Source of the DNA: Octopus sinensis
Lineage: Eukaryota
Reading direction: 5' to 3'
DNA length: 64,000 nucleotides
Assembly: GCF_006345805.1 (NCBI RefSeq)
Contig: NC_043013.1
Location: 1,674,001-1,738,000 of the forward strand
The notes beneath the pieces were generated by a model. That model saw nothing but the letters and a program-made list of their open reading frames with translations. It ran no database searches and was not told the DNA's origin. A program made the position numbers and the translations under genes. How positions within the stretch are numbered: the first letter of the stretch is position 1; each line of letters opens with the position of its first letter. Shown here piece by piece: positions 1-13,029 of this stretch.

Positions 1-46
<46 letters not shown>

Positions 47-1682
47 TATATATATATGCATGTGTATACGTATAAATATGTATATGATAAATACGGCATA
101 CATTTAAGCTTGTTTGCGTTTGCTTATAAATGTGTGTGTATGTGTGTGTGAGATATTCATGCATTCACGTTTTGACATACACATGCATACACAACTGATC
201 CTTGAACATTGCTTGTCTGTCAAATTACGGTATTGCCTTCATTAATAATATTTTCAGGCCCAACGACACTGGAAGCCCCATGGTTCCAAGGTCACACTCA
301 GCAGGTTCGATCCTGAGTTACATATCTGTCACATATTTTATCGACGCTGGAACGGTTCGAACACAGAACGGAGATGGACGAACACCCAACCCTCTCTCAT
401 CCTACCACTCCTTGTTATTGTTGTTGCTGTTTAGCCAGCGGTCAACCTTGATCCGACCTGTGGTCAAAGGCTTTCCCCAAAATTGTTGTGTAACTAGAAT
501 TAAACTATCTAACGTGTCCTTGATTTGAGGCACATTTAGCTGCTATTCCTTGCACGATGTGGGACCACTTAGAGATTTTGTTGTTGGTCCGTATGTGTTT
601 TTGTTTATACGTGTTTTGTGTATTTTGGGAATAAAAAATTTCGATGCTGTCGTAGCTGTTGTTGATGTTGTTGTTGTAGTTCTTCCAGCACATCTCTGAT
701 TAAACCCATTCCTACCATGACCATCCCGTCTTTTTCTATATCCAGGCTTGCATTGTCCAATGTGTCCTTACTGTCTGAAGATTCTAAAAAGTGAGTTGAA
801 GGTAATGTGGGTGCTATTTCTAGCTAATCGATTGACCAGCTGGAGTGTCTCTAAGTTGTACGGTTGTTATGTACGAGTTTATTTTCTTTTTCTTTTCCAA
901 TCAGCTGTGTCATAGTTTGATTGGTAATTTTTTCATCAAAGGTACATTAACATTATTTAATATGCAACAAATAAGAATAGTTTTTTTAAAAAAAACATTC
1001 ACTCGATTAAATACGAATGCAAAAATGAAAAACAAAATGTAAAATAGTCACAAAACACACAAATAAACACGCAACCAATCCAAACATATTCTCTCATTTT
1101 GCGGTGGAAATATAACTTGTCACATTCATGTATGTCTTGAAGATAACAGCAAAATTGGGTGTATAATATCCATAGCTGGAATTGAACCTGGATCGTATAT
1201 ATCAGCATGTATCGAACTCAGAGACTACGATACAAGCTAAATCGGAGAAAGAAGGTTTGATTAGTTATGGCGAATTATTGACATAGCGTTAATATTTAGT
1301 TTTTCAGTTGTCGATCTAAAAGCACATGTACAAAAAAATTATTTCTTGATTCATACGGAACACAAAATCATTAGAGTAGCGTGCCAGATGTACCGGCTGA
1401 TGATACACACAACACAGTATTCAACAAATATATACTGACATAGTAAATTCAACATTTAAGAATATATATATTTATATATATATATATATATAAGATCTGA
1501 AGAAAAGATTAATACGAAAATGTAAAACATAAAATTAAATGTGTAAAATAAAAGAATAAATAAAATTGTTATTAAATTGATGTAATTATTAAAAACAAAA
1601 AAAAATACAGAAGAAAAACAAAAAATCAATAACAAAAACAAGAAAGAAGAAACTTTACAACATGGTTATCAGTGTGAGCATG

Positions 1683-1725
<43 letters not shown>

Positions 1726-2115
1726 CATACATATGTATGTGTGTATGTATATTTATATATACGTACATACATGCGTACATGTGTGTGTGTACACATTCCC
1801 ACACACATGTGTATATATGTTTGTGTATATTATTATCCGTGTGTAAATTAGTAAGCCTCTCTTGAGGATGGTGCTCATCAGATGACCTCTCATGACCTTT
1901 AAACCAAAATAGAAGTTTAGAATATGAACGAGTATTGAACCCAGCCGACGTGCAGTTGAGGGAGGCGTCCGACTGTAATTGGTAACCAGTATTAAGTAAG
2001 GAAGAGAACGGAGGGGTAGAGAGAGAGAGAGAGAGAGAGAGTATAAGGAAAATAGTAAGAGAGAGAAGGGGAGAGAGAAGGAGAGGGAGTGGGGAGATGT
2101 TTGTCAAGGACTTAC

Positions 2116-2449
2116 CTCTATAAGGTGAACTCCATGTAGGTTCGATGCTTGTATTTTGACCATAGGTCATGTTGTAAAAAACATTATAGTCAATCAAAAC
2201 ACCACCATGGTAAATATAGTTCGGTGCGTGTACGTGCTCCGGTTGTGACGTTGTAGCCGGCTCCGAGAGCCCAAGCACGCTTGCATTGTTACCCCGGGCA
2301 CCAATACGGGTGCTAGCCGTGGTGGTAGTGGTAGTGGTCATCGGTGAATGTCGAAGCGTCTTATTAGCGGCTCTATACTCCTTGGTCCCCGCCACCAGGG
2401 CTAATAGCATGGTAAACAGTGCTGGTAATAAAGTTCCCTTGTCTCCCAT
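2116..2449 (-). CDS. First coding exon of an unidentified secreted or membrane protein (111 codons + 1 nt, phase-1 intron); gene continues leftward beyond the window
   Basis: ORF 2449->: MGDKGTLLPALFTMLLALVAG is signal-peptide-like, followed by poly-Thr and sequons NKT, NAS, NMT, NTS. The complex sequence ends at ...PTWSSPYR-G exactly at AG|GTAAGT (ACTTAC on + at 2110-2115). Beyond this the ORF runs into (TC)n/(TA)n. The segment is GC-rich and occurs once in the window. Confidence 0.8.
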
Positions 2450-2672
2450 GATCGGCTACATCCACTTCAGTAAGACGCTAACGCAAGCCAGGGAGAGTGC
2501 CGTCGAAAAGTCTAATGGTGAAAAAAGCGCGGGAAAAGCACAATGTTCCCTAAACAATGAAAACAGAGCAGTCGCGGTTCAGGTGGAGTCAATTGAACCC
2601 TATTTGCTGCCAACTACTGGCGCCTTTTATGACGTTTCAACATGTAGTCTACCAATGATAAACTTAATAACT

Positions 2673-2798
2673 AACTGATCATTAGTTGAAAAAGGCTCTG
2701 AGTTTCTCCTATTTTTTTGCCCGATAAACACAATAGATTTCAAAACAGGCGGAGACTGTCACCTGCCAATCACAGGTGTGCGCGGAGAACGGGCGGGG
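2673..2798 (-). promoter_or_regulatory. Candidate core promoter of the minus-strand gene (Inr, CCAAT box, GC box)
   Basis: TCAGTT initiator on - at 2678-2673; GCCAATCA at 2765-2772 (about -90); GGGCGGGG at 2791-2798 (about -120). Motif inspection only. Confidence 0.4.
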
Positions 2799-2829
2799 AG
2801 CGTATCGTTTGGCAGTACTTCTATAGCAC

Positions 2830-2950
2830 TGGCTGCTGCTGCTGCCGTTGCTGCTGCTGTTGCCGCCGTTGCTGCTGACACTGCTGCTGGTGCTGCCCAT
2901 CAGGGATGATGCTACTGGTGCTGGCTATTCAACCCTTGCTGCTGCTGTTC
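2830..2950. repeat. Imperfect (CTG/CAG)n tract upstream of the gene
   Basis: gctgctgctgctgccgttgctgctgctgttgccgccgttgctgctg... read directly. Confidence 0.85.
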
Positions 2951-3114
2951 TCATCTACGACGACCTTATGCACAGCTTATACAGCTAACTTCCATTTACA
3001 CCAGACTAGAGGTCGTTGCCCAGCTTCCTTCCCTTCATCCCTTTTTTGCCACAACCAAAAGAGGAACTTGCAGTTCAAGAGATGGAGGAAATTTCCCAGT
3101 GGTTCAAACGACGA

Positions 3115-3145
<31 letters not shown>

Positions 3146-3975
3146 AGGCAAGGCTTTTTGCGTGTGTGCACGCGTGCACACGCGCATGTGTGCGTAATAT
3201 GTTGTATGTGTTCACACGCACGCTGATGTGTGATGCTCTTTCTTGCATCTGTGTGTATGTAAGGGCATGTGTCACATGGGGAGCGACTGTTACTCAACCA
3301 AAATAACTTATCCACTCGTGAATGTGAATACATTCGCGTTGCATCTTCATCGTAAGGGTGGGAAAAAAAATCAATTGGGCATCTCGTTGTGACTCAGTAA
3401 AGAGAGGAAGAGAAAATGGATGAAGATGAGGAAAAGAATGACGAAAAAGAGAGAGAGTTTGAGAGAGAGGGGGGTGGGAATTCCAGGGAATGGAATTCGG
3501 TTAGGGTCAATGTATGAAGTAACCAGCTACCTTTCTGAAAAGGTCTGTAATAGAATGACCAGTGGAGAGAAACGCTGTCCGGAGAGTATCAGCCAGAAAT
3601 TTATTACTACATTCGACTGAGTTACGCCTTTTTTTTTTTAAAAAAAAGGAATATTGTACATCAACAATAAAAAGTATTAAAAACAAAAACAAGGACAAGA
3701 ACGTCACTGGAAGTATTTGTTAGTTGAAGTAGTAATAATAAAAATTTAAATATTATAACAAAAAAAACAATGATTTGTTTCTTTATTTGCCTCAGGGTCG
3801 ATGGAAGAAAGGATATTACAATAACAAATCCAAAAAAAATTTTTTTAAACGGTGAGGAATTTCATAGAATCGAGTAAGCGAAAACGGGCACTAAAAGAGA
3901 GAAAAAAAGAAAAAAGAAAAAAAAAATCTTGTAAAAGAATGTGAAATGAAAACGTCCCTGTAGGGAGAATAGCTT

Positions 3976-4555
<580 letters not shown>

Positions 4556-5446
4556 TATAATAATAGGCTTTAATCTGATTTGATGTTATGAACATGTATT
4601 TCATCTCATATCAAATATTAAAAAAAAAAGGTGTGGTGGTGGATTTTTGCCGTTCAAATAGCACCTCTCCCCCAAAGTAATAAAATTCCAATGATATGTG
4701 TATCTCCACGCCCCTAATTTGTGCTTGTAGCAACAGTAGTCGTTGCAGTAGCATCCGTTTTTTCCCGATCCTTCAAATCCTGTTGCTCTTTGCAATGCAG
4801 TCGCTGCTCAATGTTGCAACTGGTGACTAATCCAGCTTGTTTATTCCCAACTTAACAAAATTATATTTCTAATATTTAGGTTTAGATATTTACATTTCCT
4901 TCCCCACCTCACCTGTTTTTTGTTTTTTTTTTGTTATGCCTAGAATGAAGTATAAAATTTAATGTTATAAAAAATATCTGAACTATTTGTCACTAAAATA
5001 ACGATTTGACACAACTGACATCTGACGTCTCTCAATTGCAATGTGTTCTTAATATTAAAATCAAAACACAAACAATGGCCTTTTCCTTACTATTTTGGGC
5101 CTGATAACTTTTTGAAGTGAAGACCTGAGGTTGATCAGCAAACCTCATTGTAAAGAATGTGTCACAAGGAAATCCCCAAACTCTTACTTCGGTGACATAA
5201 TAATGCTAATAATAATGATTTAAAGCAAATTTGTGAGAGGGGTTTTGTCGATTAAAACTAATCTTGTGCTTGACTGATACTTTAGAGGCCCCAGAATGAT
5301 GACATGCAAAGCTGTCTTCGGCGCCTGGTATAAACACCGAAGTTCAAGAGTGGAAACAAATAGCACAAGGAATTTTCTCCGATGCAGTAATGGTTCTGCC
5401 AATCTACCACCTGTTTCAAGTTTTAGCAAAAGACCAGCAAGCTTAA

Positions 5447-5605
5447 GGGAGTGGGGTCAGTTGATTCCATAAACCTTAGTGGACAACTGGTACATATTTT
5501 AGAGCTGTCAAATGGATGAAAGGCAAAATGTATCGGTGGCGGAATTTGAACTCAGAACACACAGACAAGAAATGCAGCAAAGCATTTTGTCCGTCTTCAC
5601 CACCC
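5447..5605 (-). mobile_element. Degenerate tRNA-derived SINE (family A)
   Basis: ggatgaaaggcaaa...ggcggaatttgaactcagaac core shared with the other family A copies. Confidence 0.65.
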
Positions 5606-5619
5606 TACTAATAAAAATA

Positions 5620-5851
5620 TATTTCTTTACTACCCACAAGGGGCTAAACACAGAGGGGACAAACAAGGACAGACAAACGGATTAAGTCGATTACGTCGAC
5701 CCCAGTGCGTAACTGGTACTTAATTTATCGACCCCGAAAGGATGAAAGGCAAAGTCGACCACGGCGGAATTTGAACCCAGTCCGTAATGGCAGACGAAAT
5801 ACGGCTACGCATTTCGCCCGGCGTGCTAACGTTTCTGCCAGTTCGCCGCCT
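5620..5851 (-). mobile_element. Full-length tRNA-derived SINE (family A) with 14-bp target-site duplication
   Basis: Minus strand begins GGCGGCGAACTGGCAGAAACGTTAGC, with B-box-like GGTTCAAATTCC and core CCTTTCATCCTTTCGGGGTCGAT. TSD TACTAATAAAAATA at 5606-5619 and 5852-5865. Confidence 0.9.
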
Positions 5852-6299
5852 TACTAATAAAAATAATGACAACAATGGTTTCTTGCCATAAAAAAGTTCT
5901 AAGTTTGGAAATTAAAAGTTTGGAAATTAAAAGTTTGGAAATTAAAAGTGTAGTTTAACGTTATTGATATTTTTAAATTGTTGTTAAGTAAGAAAGACAT
6001 ATCGCCATGAGCGATCCAGTTGGGGAGACTGCCAGAGAGGGGGAAGGAGAGGAGGGAGAGAAAGTAAGAGAAGGAGAGAAAGTAAGGGAGGGAGAGAAAC
6101 AGGTGGAGGGGGACTGCAATAACAGATTTAACTTTTTTTATTCCCAAGATCATAATTAAGCAAAGAAGTTTAAGATAGTGAGATAAAATCGAAAGTGATT
6201 GACTTTGAATAGTTTTAGATGAATCTATATTTGGAACAACTAATCAATTAATTAGATTAATTAGGTGAGGAAGAAACGGTTTGAGGGACAAACTGCTAC

Positions 6300-6605
6300 T
6301 TTTTTTGCATAGATCGTAAATTTCCTGTCATCTTTCAGGGATCGATAGAATGATAAAAAAAGAAGTCAAGTGCTCTCAAAAATTAAGTAAAAAAAAAACG
6401 GAAAATAATCCAGAATACTTGTCCGGTACCGGATCGACCCTAAAATCTAATCACTTCGTGCCAGTCACGAGATCAAACATCTCTGAAAGTTTCATCCAAA
6501 TCCATCCAGCGGTTCTTGAGATATCTTGTCCACGGACAAGCAAGCAAACAAACCAAACAAATACAACTGAAAACAATACCTCAACCTTCGCTAAGGTGGA
6601 GGTAA
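6300..6605 (+). mobile_element. Helitron/Helentron-like non-autonomous element 3' part
   Basis: (CAAA)n-like tract then terminal hairpin ACCTCAACCTT-CGCT-AAGGTGGAGGT (6578-6603) followed by AAT; internal palindrome CCGGTACCGG. The architecture resembles HINE/DINE-1-type ends. Confidence 0.45.
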
Positions 6606-6615
6606 TAATCGTTTC

Positions 6616-6810
6616 ACAAGGCCTGAAATTGGTGGGAAGGGAGCCAGTGATTAGGCCGACCCGGTACACAACTGGTACCTAATTTATCGACCCCGAAAGA
6701 ATGAAAGGCAAAGTCGACCTCGGCGGAATTTGAACTCAGAACATATCAACGGGCGAAGTACCACTAAACATTTCGTCCAGTGTGCTAACGATTCTGCCAG
6801 CACGCTACCT
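6616..6810 (-). mobile_element. SINE family A copy
   Basis: atcgaccccgaaagaatgaaaggcaaagtcgacctcggcggaatttgaactcag core plus head. Confidence 0.85.
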
Positions 6811-7272
6811 TTACAATAAGTAATAATGAAAGAAAGATTCACAGCGGGATGACAAAGGAATATACGGAAAAAACTTAAAGGAATAGCATGCAAACAATAT
6901 ACACATGGTCATTCCCTCATCGGTTGTCAATCAAATATCATCACAATTTCCGCTCTACTGTTCGATTATATTCTCCCCACAAATTTGTGATATTCAAGAA
7001 ATTAGATGGCAAAGTCTGGTTAAGATATCTTAGTTTTAAGGTAATCTTTTCACTGAAGAATTGCATAAAATTACTCATCAGAGAACCGGAACAGAAATTA
7101 CAGTCAAGATTAAATGAGAAATTAAGAAAATATATATATACTAGAATCTGGAGAAAAATTTAACTCCAGATTCACCGACAATTTATTCCTTTATTGTACA
7201 CGTAGTGCGTGCGCGTACACACACACACGTACACACATGCACACAAGCATATGTGTGTTTATGATGTATATG

Positions 7273-7338
<66 letters not shown>

Positions 7339-8182
7339 ATATATATATATATATAATATATATATATACATATATATATATATATGTGCATATATATATA
7401 TTGTTGTATCTTGGGAGGATCACTCTGCTAATAATAAGCACCTGCGCTGGTTGTTTCACATCTTTTATTACTATTAGTCAACTAGTTAACAAATTTGGTC
7501 AATAGACTAATCGATTTGATGATCAACCGTTTGATTAATTGAATGATCGACTAATTAAATGATAGAGAAGTGAAATTAAACCACTGTGAGTGATTATTAG
7601 CATAATGAGCTTCCCAAGATAAAACAAAATCTGTTTCAATTATGAGTTCAGATCAAGAATCTTGCAAACCAAATATAGAAATCATGTGCGTGTGTATGTG
7701 TGTGTGTGTTTGTGTGATATTAAAATTCGATTGGCGCATTAATTCTTAAGGCTAGTTTATTTAAATTTTACATATTTAAATTTACTGATGTGACACACAT
7801 CATTGAAAGATGCCCATATTGTCTAGCATTTCTATATTACATTATCTTTACTCCAACAGAAGAAATATATGACATTGCTTACAGAAGCTAAAGTTTAGAC
7901 ATGTCAATAATCCTGATGGACGAAATTTATCCGTCACTACTAATAATACTTAATTTTCTGGTATATAAGTCGATGTAGCATACATTGTAAACATGTGGTG
8001 TAAGCATCCAAGCATCGTCACAATCTTTCCCAATTCTGCTGCATTTCACATGGAATTTATGCTCCTCCAAAGTTGTCTTGGTGTATGATGCTGCTTATGA
8101 TGTCCTGTAGTAGGACTTCTCTCTTAGTGGTACTAATCAAAAGGGTACAGCAGGCTGTTGCTCCTCTAAATTCATTTGCAAG

Positions 8183-8406
8183 TACGATAATCCCTCAACT
8201 ATCACAGGTGTTACGCTCCAAAAAGCCCTCGCAATAGGTGAAAATCAGCGAAGCAGAAACGGTACTGTATATTTTTCTTTTATTATTTTTATACTTTTTA
8301 TATGTTTATTTTATTATAAATGCAAAACAACACCATGGAGGAGTCGACGTAAGTTTAGATAATAAACCGCGATAGGTGAACCGCGATATGGTGAGGGATT
8401 ACTATA
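8183..8406. mobile_element. Small Tc1/pogo-type MITE
   Basis: Imperfect TIRs (taatccctca..tatc at left; gata..tgagggatta at right) flanked by TA at 8183-8184 and 8405-8406. Confidence 0.45.
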
Positions 8407-9785
8407 TCTCTTGGTTTTTCAGTCTTCTGATATTCTTCAGCGTCCCATACATATGGCATTATCATGCTAACGCTATTCTGGGGCGCTCTTGAAAGTTTCT
8501 TCAAGTGCAGCACTGAAATAAAGCAAAAAAGAAAAAGAACAAAAAAGATGGGGACATAAACATCTCGCTGTTTCCACTCGTGTTTCTATGGAAATGGTCC
8601 CTTTCCAGAATGTCACTCGTTATCCAATCGTTTTGCAGTTTTATGCAACCAATCTCATACAACACATCTAAAGTATTGGCATCACTGTACAATGTCGTTC
8701 TAAATAATATTAGTAATATTTAGTTATATCATTTAACAGATAAATATGGAATAATAATTATGTTTTTAACCAAAGGTTTCTACCATAATAAATGTTAGTG
8801 AAATTAGGGAACCAAAATTTGATTCACATAATTCCTGAACTGTTGAATGGCACAACAGATTAATGATACGAAGTGAATGTTTCACGAAAATACATAACAG
8901 ATGCAATAATAATGAGAAAGCGAAGACAATGATTCTCCTTTCGGCTACAAAACGAATAACGAGAAGTAACCACGTGAAAAGATTTGCTAGTGGGATGCAC
9001 CAAAATTAAATTTTGTGATGGTGTCTTCAGATTGTAGCAAGTATTATGCTAGAAAATTCCATACTATATTCTCAGGTGCAACTATGGAAATTTATTTAAT
9101 ATTTATGGGGCGTGTGTTGAGTGAATTTTGCAAAAATTTTCTTTTCTAAACTAAAATGGTAAATCACCGTAGACGAATAACACAGTTTTGTAGCGTCAAT
9201 ATTTACAAGAATTTTTCATAATCAAAATGTGAATTTTGAAATAACACTAGACATTGAATCACACTACTTTCCATATGAAAAAAAAAAGCCAGATTTTTAA
9301 ACCATTTAAAAAAAAAAAACTAAACACTAGCAGGTCATTCAACCACATACAAGCTTCGTCATTGGTCTATCTCAGTAATAATTTTGTTGTTATTTAGCAT
9401 CAACTGAACCCTGATACAGCAAACCTATGCTGCTATAAAAACATCTCTTGTTATTAAAGAAGGGTTTTGTTAGGGGAGATTTTCAGTTTAAATTTTTCTG
9501 TTGTCGAACATTCATCGCTTTCTCAATGGACCCGGAAGTTGTTGTTCGCAAACACAAGCAGTAACTTTCTTCAGCTGAATACACGTCATTGATTGGTTAA
9601 AATTACCCAAATAACTCCTAAAATAAAACATTTTATCAAAAACGACCTCGAACCCACAAGTGTGAACAAGAGAGACAGAGCAAGGCAGAAACAAGGAAAA
9701 TGCCACTTATATTTGAACACTATACAAATATTCCTTTAAAAAAACATTTCTTTTAATTTTTCTAAATTTAATTATTTAATCGTTA

Positions 9786-9823
9786 CAGTTGAAAAGGTCT
9801 CAAAATGACTGAAACCGGTACTG
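9786..9823 (+). ncRNA. Degenerate minimal type I hammerhead-like motif (Penelope-type)
   Basis: CAG-TTGAAAA-GGTC-TCAAAAT-GACT-GAAA-CCGG-TA-CTG: stem I CAG/CTG, decayed CUGANGA, palindromic stem III ACCGGT. Confidence 0.4.
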
Positions 9824-9909
9824 AAATGTTCTTTATAAAATTATTTTAGCATCTTCTATTTTGACTTATTTTTTCATATATATCAACTCGTGTGCTCCTT
9901 TTCATCCTT

Positions 9910-9966
<57 letters not shown>

Positions 9967-10009
9967 ATATATATACATACGAATGGAGCAAAAGCGCAAT
10001 AGAGGACAA

Positions 10010-10985
10010 TAAAACATTCGGACAGATAGATGATACAAAGGCGGTCAAGTTAGACAACAATTAGGACAAGCAAAAACAAAAAGACGGGTAATTCATGGCC
10101 TGCTTTCCTCAGTCAGGTACCAGAAGTCACGACCGTTTCGGGCAGTTACACGTGAGACGGTTCGATCACGTTGCCCCCCTCCCCAAAGTTTAAGCTACGA
10201 GCATTGGACCCCTTTGTAAGAAAGCTTGCGAATGTGTACGGCAAGAAAGACAAACAAATGGAGAACATGGTACACAAAAAACGGATAACATGGTACACAA
10301 TTACGAATACAAGCAACAAGAAAATAACAACAGGTGTCTTTCGACTGAGAACGAATACAATTGAGCTTGCGTGTATGAAATGAAAGCCTAAAGGCAGGAA
10401 CATAGGGTATGGAAATAAGAGGTATTGGCGGTCGGCAGTCAGGCCAAGAAAGAAAGATCATGGCTGGCCGGCCACCAGTTACGTGGAAGGAGGAGTGATG
10501 GGTAGGGTGCAGCGGTATTGAAGGATTAGTAAAAAATCAGAGACAAAGAGAAAGGTACAGGGGAGATAGACGAGTGGGAAATAGTGGTAGTTAAAGAAAG
10601 AGAGGGCCAACAAATGTGAGAGAGGAGGGGCAGCGAGAAAAAGAAAAAAGAAAGAAAGTAAGAGAGGGACTAAAAGGTAGAGTAAGTGTCGTACAAAATT
10701 TAGATCCATACCTACTATAAGGTGAGCACAAGTGTGTAGTACGTCGCTATACGTATATAAATATAAAAGTAGAACAAAAACGCAGTACACGACACTAAAA
10801 CATTCGGACAGATCGACAATACAAAGGCGGACGAGAGAAACAACAATTAGAAGGACAGGCAAACAAAGGCGGGTCATTAGTGGCCTTCTTTCCTCAGTTA
10901 AGTACCAGAATTCACGACCGTTTCGGGAAGTTACACTAAAGGTGGTTCGATGTGGTTGCCCCCAATTAGTCTAAGCTAATATACA
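10010..10985 (-). mobile_element. Non-coding LINE 3'UTR-like remnants with an internal ~180-bp imperfect duplication
   Basis: 10010-10200 resembles 10797-10985 (aaaacattcggacagat...; tttcctcagt..gtaccagaa..cacgaccgtttcggg). Lies downstream of the minus-strand ORF1 fragment. Confidence 0.4.
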
Positions 10986-10999
10986 AAACACTTTTGAGA

Positions 11000-12345
11000 C
11001 ACTTTTCCTCACTTTTTTATAACATTAGAAGTTACATTCAAGGTGATGAAAAAGCACCATTAGTGGAAAACAAACTCATGTCAATTTCCTTTTCTAGGTC
11101 CGCTATTTCATCTCCCTACTTTTCCTTTAGCTTCATCGTTGCTCACCACTGCGCACTCAACGTGATCGGGCCAATCCTTACACTTTGTCCAACGACACAC
11201 GCGAGTTTATCACTATTCTTAATACATTTGCATACAAAATAGCATACATTTTCTCTTTTTCTGTTTTCTTTTCCTTTTCGGGAGGGATGGAGGAATTTCG
11301 GGCATCTGGGTGTCTGCGCGAGTATCTGTATCAGGAAGGGCAGGGTGAGGGTCGGTGTCTGCATGGGGAGGGTGGGACAGCATGGGATTAGGTGGAAGTC
11401 AAGTTGGATGGGGGTTCACAATTTTCCTCCGTTCTTTTCTTTTCTCTTTTCTGCCTTTTTGGTGCACACTCCATCCGTCCGATTTCTGGTTCTCTTCTTC
11501 CTTCCCCGGTTCCTCTTTTTCATACGACGTCGCAAGAGGTGGAGGTTCTTTCATCGGTTCTTTTGCGCTGGGTTGAAGGCATTCTACTTTTATGTGACCC
11601 TTTTCGCCACATTTAAAGTATCGGGGCGTCTTAACTTCCACCATAGCTCTCAACTTTACGTCTTCACCGACTGTGATGGTTTCCACCATCCTCTCCAAAT
11701 TTTCTGGGGCGGCATGGATTACCATTTCCAGGCTCTGCCCTTGTCAATTCCTCGTAAACACTCTCTTAGCCTGGAGGACCACAGTTTTGTCGTCCAGCTA
11801 CAACAGGATGGTGGCCACCAGCCAGGCAACATCCCCTCAGGGGGAGTCTCTTCTACCCTTACCCTAGAAGCACGTCTTGAGGTAAGTCACGGTATGCTGC
11901 CAGGCCACAGCCTCTGACGCAAACCGCACCTCCACCGTTGCAAATTTTCTTCCTCTAGTGAGGTAATTTATTTTCTTCCATATGGGTTTCAAAGCCCTTT
12001 CAACCTCTACTTTGGTTGTGATCTATATTCGACGGCGTTTCACGCTGTGCGTTCTGTACAGTATAGTTCTTCTTGTGACTTCTTCCATGGTCTCGCTGTG
12101 ACGGTACACCTTTACTTCGTTCTCCTCCCTTTTCAGCATATCTTTGAATTTGTTCAAATCTCCTAGGCATACGTCTTCATTCTTCTCCTTTACCGGCTCT
12201 GCAAATTTCTTCACCTCTCTCGTTTCATCAATTTTCTTTAAACATTTCCCCAGCTCTTCCTCAGACGACGACAAGTCTGATGAGTTAATCTTCTCTATTA
12301 ACATTTCCATTGCGGCGCTTCCCCTTTCAAACAAGGAGGAAAGTC
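11000..12345 (-). pseudogene. Gag-like ORF1 remnant of an L1/Tx1-type element
   Basis: Frames give RRTILYRTHS...WLVATILL...VEVKTPRYFKCGEKGHIKVEC (decayed CCHC knuckle); homologous to the ORF1 pieces at 16.0-17.3 kb and 52.2-52.6 kb. Confidence 0.7.
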
Positions 12346-12349
12346 GTTA

Positions 12350-13010
12350 ACAAGGCCGCCATAAACCGCAAAACAATGCGATCGGTAGTAGTTCCACCCT
12401 AAGTTTCTATAGGTTAGTGGAGGAAAAGTGCGACGACGTTCTCGAGGATCAACTTACTGGTCTCTTGCGGAGAATTTTGGGGCCGGCGCCTATGGATAAC
12501 TTCCAGAAATCCCTCGCCTGAAAGTGCTACCGCGGGGCGCTGCCTGTTCGAGATAACCTTTACAGGCACGGAAGTGCTGTTAGCCGGGCCTGCCCGGGTT
12601 GAGCTCAGAGCGACGAAACCGTTCTGCACGCACTTGTCCAGTGTCCGAGCATTGCTGACCTGTGGGTTTATGTGGAACAGCTGCTGTCGCGTGTAGGACG
12701 GATCCGGCTATCAGCTAAATCCATACTAAATCCATACTGGCCTCCTTTTACCGGGAGGGGAAGGCAATTTTCATTAGCCTGGTGGCTGTAGCAAAAGAGG
12801 TGGACTCGATTGAAGGGGCTAAAGTCAGACACTTTCCTCTTTGGCCAAACCCTCATCAACTTTGTCAAGTATCACTTGAAAAGGAAAGTGAGGTTGGAGA
12901 AGGAAGTGTTGTCTTCTAACAAGTTTGCTGAAAGATAGATGAATGTTTGAAGAATGGCCAGTGTGAAAGGAACAATTCAGAGCATACACATGTAAAAAGG
13001 AAATGAAAGG
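12350..13010 (+). pseudogene. L1/Tx1-type ORF2 C-terminal fragment
   Basis: DETVLHALVQCPSIADLWVYVEQLLSRVGRIRLSAKS...; same family as 49.9-50.3 kb on the minus strand. Confidence 0.75.
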
Positions 13011-13029
13011 AGAAGGTTTCTCGCGCTGC

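Noticed and set aside
295-380. GGTTCGATCC B-box and tRNA-like heads here and in all SINE copies
   Set aside because: No complete cloverleaf; each is part of a SINE or SINE remnant, so no tRNA gene is called.
1390-1430. CTGATGA at about 1397
   Set aside because: No GAAA or compatible stems nearby.
1655-2115. C-terminal part of the 264-aa ORF
   Set aside because: Lies beyond the GTAAGT donor and translates (TC)n, (CA)n and (TA)n; intronic.
2906-3226. Plus-strand ORF with signal-peptide-like start MMLLVLAIQPLLLLFSS
   Set aside because: Leucine runs come from CTG repeats and the ORF ends in (AG)n/(TG)n; no splice donor seen. A divergent gene is not excluded but is unsupported.
4601-4795. Cys-rich 64-aa minus-strand ORF; also 8501-8692
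   Set aside because: No recognisable domain or splice signals; length expected by chance.
5901-5945. 3 x 15-bp AAGTTTGGAAATTAA repeat
   Set aside because: Simple local slippage with no associated feature.
10090-10960. CCCGAAACGGTCGTG and CTGAGGA motifs on the minus strand suggesting a hammerhead
   Set aside because: Element order and stem II pairing do not fit type I, II or III topology by manual folding.
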